A stretch of DNA of 64,000 nucleotides from Candidatus Moraniibacteriota bacterium (GTDB lineage Bacteria > Patescibacteriota > Minisyncoccia > Moranbacterales > UBA1568): NCBI GenBank assembly GCA_030648835.1, contig JAUSGT010000002.1, positions 373,458-437,457 of the forward strand, given 5' to 3'. Shown here one piece after another: positions 8,862 to 17,564 of this stretch (position 1 is the stretch's first letter; every line of letters starts with the position of its first letter). The position numbers and the translations under genes are program-made. The notes below the pieces were generated by a model. That model saw nothing but the letters and a program-made list of their open reading frames with translations, ran no database searches and was not told where the DNA came from.

Positions 8862-9842
8862 ATGAGTAAGGAAAAGAAATTCGGAATTATCGCTGGAGCA
8901 GTTCTCATTGCTATTGCGGGTCTGTTTATAATGAACCGTGTATTTTTCAACGCACCTCAATCTCAGGAAGAAAAGACAGTTTTTATTATGAATCGTAGTC
9001 AAACCGAAACACAAACATTGGATAAATTAAAAACTCAAGGATTGATTAGAAATAAATGGGCATTTAAGTTGGTTCTATTTCTCAAGCATAACAAAATTGA
9101 GCCTGGCGGTTATACTGTGTCAAAAAGTATGAGCGCTTGGCAAATCGCCAACAAACTTATTTCTGCTCCTGATATGAAATGGGTGGTAATCCCCGAGGGA
9201 CTGCGAAAGGAGCAGATTGGGGAAAAACTGGCGGAGACATTCGATTGGAGTGACGAAGAACTTGGTAAATGGAATACGGAATACACTAAAATGAGGATAG
9301 ATTATATCGAGGGGACGTATTTCCCTGATACCTATCTTATTCCGGTAAATGAAGGCGGATTCAAAATGGCTGAACGAATGACGAGGCGTTTTGATGAAAA
9401 ATTTGCTCCGTATATCAGCCAGTTTGCCCAACAAAATATCCTGTGGACTACTGGGCTCAAATTAGCTTCAATTATCCAGAGAGAAGCCGGGGGGAAAGAC
9501 GATATGCCCCTTATCGCTGGAGTCATGTGGAACAGGCTCGATCAAAATATGAATTTAGAAATAGACGCGACTGTCCAGTATGCACGAGGGAAAGCCGAGG
9601 CTGGCTGGTGGGCACCCGTTACATCTGGAGGTATACAAAGCATCGATTCTCCATACAATACTTACAAAAACAAGGGACTACCTCCCTTTCCTATTTCTAA
9701 TCCAGGGATTGATGCGATTGAAGCGGTCTTACATCCAGTTGAAACTGATTGTCTATACTACCTTCACGACAGCGATCGGCAAATCCACTGCGCTAAGACG
9801 TTTGAAGAACACAAGGAAAATATAGAGAAGTACTTGCGGTAA
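8862..9842 (+). CDS. mltG: endolytic transglycosylase MltG (YceG family)
   Basis: N-terminal TM, IPEG, EGTYFPDTY, ASIIQREA, SPYNTYKNKGLPPFPISNPG, YYLHD. Confidence 0.92.
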   Translation: MSKEKKFGIIAGAVLIAIAGLFIMNRVFFNAPQSQEEKTVFIMNRSQTETQTLDKLKTQGLIRNKWAFKLVLFLKHNKIEPGGYTVSKSMSAWQIANKLISAPDMKWVVIPEGLRKEQIGEKLAETFDWSDEELGKWNTEYTKMRIDYIEGTYFPDTYLIPVNEGGFKMAERMTRRFDEKFAPYISQFAQQNILWTTGLKLASIIQREAGGKDDMPLIAGVMWNRLDQNMNLEIDATVQYARGKAEAGWWAPVTSGGIQSIDSPYNTYKNKGLPPFPISNPGIDAIEAVLHPVETDCLYYLHDSDRQIHCAKTFEEHKENIEKYLR

Positions 9843-9880
9843 TCACATGAAAATGTACCTCTACGGAAACATCCAAAAGG

Positions 9881-10054
9881 GAGACATCCCGCTGTCCCAT
9901 ATGGTAAAATGAGACAAGGTCTGTCCTGTGTCTCATTTGTCTCGTTTTACCCCCAAAACCGCGACCCGAGAGCCTCAATCCACTCGTCGGCCAAGACCTC
10001 CAAGAAATCCCTCAACGGCTTGATTTCTCAAAGTTCTAGACCGATGACGCCCGC
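9881..10054. repeat. 174-bp direct repeat, copy 2
   Basis: Near-identical to 8466-8639. Confidence 0.95.
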
Positions 10055-10301
10055 TAAGATTATTTTTCACCCTTCTGGGTGTAAAATAGGCTTTGTTGAT
10101 TGGAAGGATGAGAAGGGCGTGAGTCGGATGCGAACAAGCGAGCATCCTGTGTGTAGCGCCCAGGCTCCGAGTCGGAGCGAGGAGGAATCCCTCCTTCTCC
10201 GCCCTCGCTCGCCGAAGCGAACCTTCGGCGTGACGAAGTCCGCTGTAGATACGTGAAAGTTTTCGAGGTTCCGGTTGATGATCTTTTGAAGAAATAAAAC
10301 T

Positions 10302-11288
10302 ATGAAAAAATTAATTGTACATAAAGTAAATATTTCTCATCAGCGTCTTGTTGAACTATCTAAACTAGCCGATCAGGCAAAGCCTTTTTACGATTGGGTT
10401 GAAAAGGTAGCAAAAAAAGTTACTGGATCGCACAGAAGTTTGAACGAGATAATTTTTCAGTCATCAAAAAAAGAAATTCATACCATAATTAAAAGTTGTT
10501 ATTCCAATGGAGCGGAAACAAAACCTTTTTTGTTTGATGGCGTTGGTAGAGTTTATCCTCACTTTAAGGCTTGTTTTTACTTTTTTGCTTGGATAGTTCG
10601 AGACGCTCCACAACAAAGACTTTCCCCCTTAATTAGTCGTATGCAAAAAGCCGACAAGGTTTCTAAAATTACGGCGGAAACAGATGCGCTTGTAAAATTA
10701 ATTTTTGAATACAAATCTGTAGTAAAAAGTTTTGAATGGCAAGCTGTGCGAGAAGTGATAATTGATAGGTTGGAGGGGTCTAGGCGAAGTATTCGCGGAC
10801 ATGCTTTAGAGGCGAGCGCGCGAACAAGCTTGGTTACCGCTATTCAAAATTATTATTCAATTCACGGAGATTACGGGAAATTTAAGAAAGTTGAAATTGC
10901 TGATAAGCAGATAAAAATAGGTAGGCACACTGTAGACGTTTCCGCTTTGCTCTATCCTAAAAATGAATCAGTTCCTATTCGACTGCTTATCCCAATAAAG
11001 ACAAGGGAGACCGAAGGCGGTGGTCATTCTCATATCTTCACTAGAGATGTAATTTCCGCGATTACTGATATTAAAGCCGAAAAGAAAAAAGATCATATTA
11101 TAGTTGTGATTGTTGCCGAAAATTGGTCTCCAAGAGAAATCCAGACAATAGATGATGCGATTGATTTGATTTTTCATTTCAATATGAGTCCGAATGCATT
11201 TGAGGGCTTTGACGAGAGCGCTCAAGTTACATTGAATCAGTATATTGAAAAAATATTTAGCGAATATGAAAAGCAAGCACGAAAATAA
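10302..11288 (+). CDS. putative type II restriction endonuclease
   Basis: Overlaps a DNA methyltransferase gene. RRSIRGHALE, VD and IPIKTRE fit a PD-(D/E)xK-like core. Confidence 0.6.
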   Translation: MKKLIVHKVNISHQRLVELSKLADQAKPFYDWVEKVAKKVTGSHRSLNEIIFQSSKKEIHTIIKSCYSNGAETKPFLFDGVGRVYPHFKACFYFFAWIVRDAPQQRLSPLISRMQKADKVSKITAETDALVKLIFEYKSVVKSFEWQAVREVIIDRLEGSRRSIRGHALEASARTSLVTAIQNYYSIHGDYGKFKKVEIADKQIKIGRHTVDVSALLYPKNESVPIRLLIPIKTRETEGGGHSHIFTRDVISAITDIKAEKKKDHIIVVIVAENWSPREIQTIDDAIDLIFHFNMSPNAFEGFDESAQVTLNQYIEKIFSEYEKQARK

Positions 11289-12150
11289 AATACTACTTGG
11301 TGATGTACGGGAAGTGATAAAAATCTTTCCCGATCTGCACTTTCAAGCTATTATCACTAGCCCGCCATATTTTGGTCATAGAAAATATTCAGAAAAAAGT
11401 TCTAGTGGCGAGGTGGGTCGGGAATCAAACCCAGAACAGTATATTGAGAATATTAGGCAAATTTTCAACGGGCTTAGGCCAAAATTAAAAGACAATGGAT
11501 TATTGTGGTTAAACCTTGGCGATACCTACAGAGAGAAAACCCTACTTGGTATTCCGTGGCGGACTGCTCTGGCTTTGCAATCTGACGGCTGGATACTCCG
11601 AAGTGATATTATTTGGCGAAAAACAAATGCTATGCCGTCGTCCATCAAAGATCGACCTACTACTGATCATGAGTATGTATTTATGTTTTCCAAAACTCCA
11701 GAATATCTTTATTACGCGGACGCAATTAGAGAGCCACATGTTACGTTTTCTGATAAATCCAAAATGAAGGGTGGAAGAAATCATTTTGGGAAACGAGACG
11801 GTACACCGGAAAACGGAAAGAATGGCGGCAACTCAAATCTTCACAATGGAAGGTGGGATCAAGCTTTTCACCCAAATGGAAGGAATAAAAGAACTGTTTG
11901 GGATATTTCTCTAGGCAAGTTTAGAGATACGCATTTTGCGGTTTATCCTGAAAAGCTTGTAGAAACTTGTATTCTTGCATCTACAAAAGAGGGCGATTTG
12001 GTTTTTGACCCATTTATGGGTTCTGGTACAACAGCATTGGTGGCGTGTAAGCTAGGGAGAAATTTTACTGGTGTTGAGTTAGTCGAAAAATATAAAGACA
12101 TGGCGGAAAAAAGAGTCTCGCCTTATCTTAAACAAGCAAAATTAGTATGA
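11266..12150 (+). CDS. site-specific DNA methyltransferase, beta class (likely N4-cytosine)
   Basis: Motif IV TSPPY precedes motif I DPFMGSGTT; HFAVYP. ATG at 11266. Confidence 0.92.
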   Translation: MKSKHENKILLGDVREVIKIFPDLHFQAIITSPPYFGHRKYSEKSSSGEVGRESNPEQYIENIRQIFNGLRPKLKDNGLLWLNLGDTYREKTLLGIPWRTALALQSDGWILRSDIIWRKTNAMPSSIKDRPTTDHEYVFMFSKTPEYLYYADAIREPHVTFSDKSKMKGGRNHFGKRDGTPENGKNGGNSNLHNGRWDQAFHPNGRNKRTVWDISLGKFRDTHFAVYPEKLVETCILASTKEGDLVFDPFMGSGTTALVACKLGRNFTGVELVEKYKDMAEKRVSPYLKQAKLV

Positions 12151-13208
12151 ATGAAAGACAACAGATAATCAAAGAAATTGAGGATTTGCGAGGTTCGCGC
12201 GTTATAACCTACATAACGAGCGATAGACCCGGAATAATCTCAATGATTGATCCAATGGATTTACGAGAGATTTTTGATCATCTGAAAGATATCCCCAAAG
12301 ATACAAAAATTGATTTATACATTTACAGTCGCGGTGGAAATTCCGTAACTGCGTGGGCTCTCGTAAATCTTATTCGCGAACACACTAAAGATTTTAATGT
12401 TCTTGTACCTTATCGCGCACACAGTTGTGCTACTGCTATTGCAATTGGGTCAAATGAAATAGTTATGGGACGAATGGGAGAGTTAGGACCAATAGACCCA
12501 ACACTTTCTGCAATAGTTGATAATAAAAAAGTTGATGTCTCAACCGAAGATTTATCTAGCTACATTGCTTTTTTGAAAGAAAAGTTTGGTATCAATCGTC
12601 AAAAGCATACGATTCAAGCATTTAGCCAACTTGCCGAAAACGTAAAACCTCTTTTGCTTGGTAGAGCGTACCGCTCGTATCTCAAAGCAACTGATGACGC
12701 GATAAAACTTTTGCGACTACATTTGAGTGACGAAAGGAAAATCAAAAGCATTGCTGAACATCTTGTTGAGAAACTTTATGCCCACGATCATATTATCTCT
12801 CGTAGGGAAGCTAAAGAAAAAATTGGCCTGAACGTTCTTTGCGCTGAAGGAGATTTGGAAAAGAAAATGTGGGAGTTATACCTCAAATACGAGGATATGC
12901 TAAAATTAAAAGAACCATACAAGGATGAACCAACGACAGGAAACGATCCAAGAATTTTGCCGGTTACTGTCGTTGAAAGTATAACTATGACTAGCAAAAA
13001 GAACGTTCGACAATTCATTAAGGAAGTCAGCTTGCCACAGCAAAATATGGCGGCGATGCCTGTTATTGTTGGTGATAAGCCCGCGCTCATGTTCCCAAAC
13101 GGACAAGCTATTCAGATTGTAACAGAGGGGCAAACTGTTGTTTTAGATCAGAAGTTTTTTGCTAAAACGGAAACTATAGTTTGGGAACAAGAGGTAGTAA
13201 CGGAATAA
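12147..13208 (+). CDS. SDH/ClpP-class serine protease (S49-like)
   Basis: YSRGGN and AHSCATAIAIGSNEIVMGRMGELGPIDP motifs; ATGA overlap with the methyltransferase. Confidence 0.85.
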   Translation: MNERQQIIKEIEDLRGSRVITYITSDRPGIISMIDPMDLREIFDHLKDIPKDTKIDLYIYSRGGNSVTAWALVNLIREHTKDFNVLVPYRAHSCATAIAIGSNEIVMGRMGELGPIDPTLSAIVDNKKVDVSTEDLSSYIAFLKEKFGINRQKHTIQAFSQLAENVKPLLLGRAYRSYLKATDDAIKLLRLHLSDERKIKSIAEHLVEKLYAHDHIISRREAKEKIGLNVLCAEGDLEKKMWELYLKYEDMLKLKEPYKDEPTTGNDPRILPVTVVESITMTSKKNVRQFIKEVSLPQQNMAAMPVIVGDKPALMFPNGQAIQIVTEGQTVVLDQKFFAKTETIVWEQEVVTE

Positions 13209-13598
13209 TGCGCGTAGCGATTTCCCTGCGGTCTTGCCGCAGGAACCACTAAGGAAAGTTTGAAAACCTTGGTTTTCAAGTTAGACTATAGTGGCAAAGC
13301 CTCGGGTCATACCCTGTGGTCTTGGCATAGGGTTGTTGATTTTTGTTGCTTGAAATTCGCCAAAAGAAAACAGCGGAGCAAATGGAAAATTCCTCCCCAA
13401 ACCCCTCCTCCTCCGCTTGCGACATCCGAATTCAAAAACAAATGAGCGTACGAGGCAGTCTCGAGCCACCACGCGCTCCGTGCGTGCGATTAGTCGGCAT
13501 CATGGTTGCTTTCAAAATACATTCGAACTTTGTATAATACACACCGCATCAAACTCATAGTATCGAGTAGACTTGAGCTTTAATAATAAGAAAACAAT

Positions 13599-13985
13599 AT
13601 GGGAGAGTTTATTGCATTTTTAAGTTTTCTAGGTACTAACATACAGGCACTAAGTTTTTTAGTTGTGGTGGTTGGAGGAGTTTTTGCTTGGGTAAAATTT
13701 AGAGAGTACGTAAAAGATAAGAGATTTACAACTTACCATAATTTGATAGATCAGCTTGTAGATGATAAAAGCCATCCAAGTGGAAAGTTGATGTTGGATA
13801 GACAAATTGCAATTGTTTTTGAACTTAGAAGTTTTCCTAAATATTATAAAGTTACTCAGAGAATTCTAGAGGGACTTAAGAATGAAGAAACCTGGAAGAC
13901 TGGAAATCCAAGACTTGTTGAAGAAGTCGATCTAACTTTAGAATATATAAACTCAAATATATTCTGCCGATTGTTTAAGAGATAA
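13599..13985 (+). CDS. small hypothetical protein with N-terminal TM helix
   Basis: 128-aa ATG ORF with a hydrophobic N-terminus. Confidence 0.6.
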   Translation: MGEFIAFLSFLGTNIQALSFLVVVVGGVFAWVKFREYVKDKRFTTYHNLIDQLVDDKSHPSGKLMLDRQIAIVFELRSFPKYYKVTQRILEGLKNEETWKTGNPRLVEEVDLTLEYINSNIFCRLFKR

Positions 13986-13986
13986 T

Positions 13987-14080
13987 GCGACCCGACCTTT
14001 CCAATCCGTTCGTCGGCCAAGACCCCTAAGAAATCCCTCAACGGCTTGATTTCTCAAAGTTCTAGACCGATGACGCCTGC
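13987..14080. repeat. partial (3' part), diverged third copy of the 174-bp repeat
   Basis: cgtcggccaagacc..aagaaatccctcaacggcttgatttctcaaagttctagaccgatgacgcc is shared with copies 1 and 2. Confidence 0.9.
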
Positions 14081-14109
14081 ACCGAGTATTAAGTATCGGA
14101 TATACCCAT

Positions 14110-14721
14110 ATGGATGATTTCGAGCTATCGGAAGTTAAAGAATTAATAGAACTCGTTCGTCTTAAAGTCGATGATGGGTTTTGGATGGTTCAATACCTAC
14201 GACTCCAATCAGTCTATATATATTTTCAATATGCAGTAGTACAGACAAGAATTCAAGAAGAAAATTTAAAGTTAATGGAGAATGGGGAACATAAGAACTT
14301 CCCTGCACATGAAGCATATGCTGAGAGTGATTTAAGGATTTATTCATCAGCTTTGTCGACATATGCCTACATGCGTACGTGTCTTCATATCACTTATGAG
14401 TTAGCTGAAGCTATACCTAATGATGAAGAACTTAAAAAATATAGAGAAGAGAATAAGGCATGGGGAAAGGATTTAATAGATAAGAGAGATAAGCTGCAGG
14501 CTCATCCGTACAATGAATGTGCATTAGTCTGGAAAAGAACTATGCGAAGCAGTGATGGGAGAATAGAATTTCCGATTAGGAACTTGGTCGATTTATCTAA
14601 GAGTGAAAAAATAATGATTTGGCCTAGGAAAAACCTTGAAGAGGTGCGAATATATTTACAAACCATTTCTATCCACCTAAAAAGGTTATATGGTAATTTT
14701 GTCTCGAGCGTTTCAAAATGA
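14110..14721 (+). CDS. hypothetical helical protein, possible HEPN (AbiU2/Cthe_2314-like)
   Basis: RDKLQAH (R-x5-H) in a helical context. Confidence 0.4.
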   Translation: MDDFELSEVKELIELVRLKVDDGFWMVQYLRLQSVYIYFQYAVVQTRIQEENLKLMENGEHKNFPAHEAYAESDLRIYSSALSTYAYMRTCLHITYELAEAIPNDEELKKYREENKAWGKDLIDKRDKLQAHPYNECALVWKRTMRSSDGRIEFPIRNLVDLSKSEKIMIWPRKNLEEVRIYLQTISIHLKRLYGNFVSSVSK

Positions 14722-14812
14722 TAGTGGAGACACTCTTCAAAAAGCCTTAATGAGAGTGTCATTTTTGATAGTGCTCAAATCCGAATAACTTGCAGTAAAC
14801 ATTTTTACCGTT

Positions 14813-15730
14813 ATGAAAATCACCCCACCGGTTGTTATATTGCCGCTTGAAGAAATTACTATCAAGAAAGGAAATGTCCGGATATTTGGCAACGGTGTTT
14901 GGGGGACGGCGCTTGGTAGCGTCATTTCTCGACCACCGGCCGGTCTCAAGGTTTTTATATTTGCTTTGCCGACGAACGTGCTGCGGAACGTTCTTTGGGA
15001 AGTGAAGGATCGGATAGATAACAAGACGCTGGTCATCAATGCCAGCAAGGGCATCGAGCAGAAGACACACAAACTTCCTTATGAAATCATCGAAGAGGTG
15101 CTTGGCAAAAGAGCGCATTATTTTTCCTTGATCGGACCCGGGTTTGCCCAGGAGGTAGTAAAGAAAAATCCGACCATCGTGAATCTGGGGTATCGTAATA
15201 AAAAATATCTGGCAGCAGCCAGAGCGGTTTTTCAAAAATCTTATTTCGATGTTGTCCCTACTCCGTGTCTCTACGCTATCGAAGTGATGGGATCGTTCAA
15301 AAATATCTATGCTATAAGTTGTGGTATTGCGGAAGGGCTGGGGTATGGTGTCAATACAAGAACGAAACTGATCCTCTTGGCATATCAGGAATTGAAAAAA
15401 CTTCTGATCGCGCTTGGTCATGATTATAATCGGTCTGCGGAGATCGCTTTTATGGGGGATCTCATCTTGACCTGTAGCAGTACCGAGAGTCGCAATTTTA
15501 CTTTCGGAAAGTTTTTGACACGTCACTCCGCCAGGGAGAGTCTGAATAAAATCAAGGAAACGGTAGAAGGGCTTTCTTCTGTCTCTTCGGTACGTTTTTT
15601 CGAACAGAAGGCTCAAATAAAATTGCCACTGGCGAGATTGATTCATGATATTATCGATATGAAGAATCATAGACTTGCGAAGAAACATTTTACGGATTTT
15701 ATCTTGCGTTCCCATTTGGAAGTAGTCTAG
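14813..15730 (+). CDS. gpsA: NAD(P)H-dependent glycerol-3-phosphate dehydrogenase
   Basis: GNGVWGTALG, NASKGIE, KNIYAISCG, GDLILTCSS..SRN. Confidence 0.88.
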   Translation: MKITPPVVILPLEEITIKKGNVRIFGNGVWGTALGSVISRPPAGLKVFIFALPTNVLRNVLWEVKDRIDNKTLVINASKGIEQKTHKLPYEIIEEVLGKRAHYFSLIGPGFAQEVVKKNPTIVNLGYRNKKYLAAARAVFQKSYFDVVPTPCLYAIEVMGSFKNIYAISCGIAEGLGYGVNTRTKLILLAYQELKKLLIALGHDYNRSAEIAFMGDLILTCSSTESRNFTFGKFLTRHSARESLNKIKETVEGLSSVSSVRFFEQKAQIKLPLARLIHDIIDMKNHRLAKKHFTDFILRSHLEVV

Positions 15731-15873
15731 AAACACTTGATCCGTTATTCAAAAAAGTCCCTAAAAAGCTCTTTTTTCGTTTTTTATCGTATATGGTAGA
15801 ATGAAAACCACAAAGAAGCGGGGCATCAGTATTGTGTTTGTGATAATCAAATAATTTTTTAGGAAGTACGTTT

Positions 15874-16602
15874 ATGGAGAACGAAGTACCAAAGGCAGAG
15901 ACGAAGGCAGGAGAAATGAAGACATCGCAAGCGGAGGTAATCGGAGCAAAAACTGCTTCGGTGAAAAAGTCTCTCGTTGCGAAAATAGCGGCGCTCAAGG
16001 AGCATGTAGCAAAAATGAGTCGGACGACCAAGACTTTTGCCGGCGTGCTTGTAGTGTTTGCCATTCTTTTGGGAGCTTTGTATTATTTCAAGGGGGTATT
16101 TGTGGCGGCGACGGTCAATGGCAACCCGATCAGCCGGTTGAGCATCGTTTCAGAACTGGAAAAGAAAGCCGGTAAAAGTATTTTGGACACGGTAATTACC
16201 AAGAAGCTTATCGAAAACGAAGTAAAAAAACAGGGGATTGTCGTCTCGAGCGAGGACATCGATACCGAAATCAAAAACGTGGAAGCCCAAATCGCGGCCC
16301 AGGGCGGGACTTTGGAACAGGCGCTGTCTCAGCAAGGTATGACGACAGAGGATCTACGGGAACAAATTATGATCAACAAAGAGCTGGAGCAGGTGCTCGG
16401 TGACAAGCTTGCAGTGAGCGACGAAGAAGTCAATCAGTATTTGAGCGCGAATAAAGTGTCTCCGACCAAAGGAGCGAGTTCGGATGATCTCATGAGTCAG
16501 ACACGGGAACAACTGAAAGGACAGAAATTCAACACGGAAGCGGCGCGATTGATCGATGACCTGCGGGCCAAGGCAGTCATTAATTATTACACGCAGTACT
16601 AA
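15874..16602 (+). CDS. SurA N-terminal domain / PrsA-like membrane-anchored chaperone
   Basis: TM helix, then AATVNGNPI...VSSEDID...LRAKAVI pattern. Confidence 0.75.
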   Translation: MENEVPKAETKAGEMKTSQAEVIGAKTASVKKSLVAKIAALKEHVAKMSRTTKTFAGVLVVFAILLGALYYFKGVFVAATVNGNPISRLSIVSELEKKAGKSILDTVITKKLIENEVKKQGIVVSSEDIDTEIKNVEAQIAAQGGTLEQALSQQGMTTEDLREQIMINKELEQVLGDKLAVSDEEVNQYLSANKVSPTKGASSDDLMSQTREQLKGQKFNTEAARLIDDLRAKAVINYYTQY

Positions 16603-16646
16603 CTTTTACCTGATATTGTCTATGAACTCATATTAAGTTACCCCTC

Positions 16647-16723
16647 TGTCATTCCCGCGAAGGCGGGAATCCAGGCTCTACGGAAAGATTATTTCTGGAT
16701 CCCGTATCAAGTACGGGATGACA
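16647..16723. repeat. GTCAT...ATGAC palindromic element (dRS3/RPE-like)
   Basis: tgtcattcccgcgaaggcgggaatcca...tggatcccgtatcaagtacgggatgaca. Confidence 0.8.
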
Positions 16724-16829
16724 AAAGAAAAAGTCTTTTACTGGCTTGTTGGAAGCCTAGGTGGAAATTACTTACTACGGGTTATATAGAAAAAAGAGTT
16801 ACGTAATCAGTTACGTAATTCTTTTTGTA

Positions 16830-17564
16830 TCAGCGAGCCAAGACTATCCCGAAAACTTTTTTGGCGCCGGATTTTTTGAGGACTGTGGCGCATTCTTCCA
16901 GTGTAGTACCGGTCGTGGCGACATCATCGATGAGCCAGAGTGTCTTCCCTTGGATGAGCGGGATACTTTCCTCTGTGATGGCGAAGGCATTCCTCAGGTT
17001 GGCTAAGCGTTCTTTGCGCGTCTGTGTTTTTATCTGCGGCTTGGTGAAGCGGGTGCGCAAAAGACAGTTCTCCAAGACAGGAATGTCGAATCCCGGCGTG
17101 AGTATGTCGGCCAGTGTCCGAGCGAGGAGTGTGGATTGATTGAACCCGCGAAAACGCAGCCGGCGCGAGTGGAGCGGTACCGGAATGAAGTAATCGGGGA
17201 GCGCCACATCGGCTTCCGTGATTCTTTCCGCGAGCCAGTTCCCGAGCGGCTTGGCAAAGGCAGGGATGAAACGATATTTGAATATATGGATCGATGCCGA
17301 GACGATGGGAGAGCGGTAGAGAGACGCAGCAAAAAGCCCATCGAGGGAATGTATCCCAAAACAAGAAGAACAAACTTCACCGCGCGGAGTGGTGGTTTTG
17401 AGACAAGTGGGACAGCGTTGGCGCAAACGTCGGGGGAAAATATTGAGACACGTTTGGCAGAGATACTCCTTTGGAACATCACAACCGAAGCAACGGATAG
17501 GGAACAGCGTATCCAATATGCCAACGCCGATTTTTTTCAACACTAACTGGACATTGGGTGACAC
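16830..17564 (-). CDS. comF: ComF family competence protein (Zn-finger + PRTase)
   Basis: Double CxxC Zn finger, PVPLH, RGFNQS, LIDDVATTGTT. Confidence 0.9.
   Translation of the reverse strand: MSPNVQLVLKKIGVGILDTLFPIRCFGCDVPKEYLCQTCLNIFPRRLRQRCPTCLKTTTPRGEVCSSCFGIHSLDGLFAASLYRSPIVSASIHIFKYRFIPAFAKPLGNWLAERITEADVALPDYFIPVPLHSRRLRFRGFNQSTLLARTLADILTPGFDIPVLENCLLRTRFTKPQIKTQTRKERLANLRNAFAITEESIPLIQGKTLWLIDDVATTGTTLEECATVLKKSGAKKVFGIVLAR

Noticed and set aside
9909-10256. 115-aa ORF spanning repeat copy 2
   Set aside because: It is made of the repeat plus the tRNA-end-like module, and the ATG is absent in copy 1 (ATA). Treated as non-coding or remnant.
13260-13537. Short ORFs in the 13.2-13.5 kb spacer
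   Set aside because: They overlap in several frames over palindromic sequence, use non-ATG starts and have no protein-like motifs.
8466-14080. Repeats as a CRISPR array or classical integron attC sites
   Set aside because: The units are 94-174 bp and separated by kilobases, with no cas genes. I see no clear RYYYAAC...GTTRRRY attC ends, and the integrase shows no obvious IntI-specific insertion.
14759-15736. 325-aa minus-strand ORF
   Set aside because: Antisense shadow of gpsA with no motifs.
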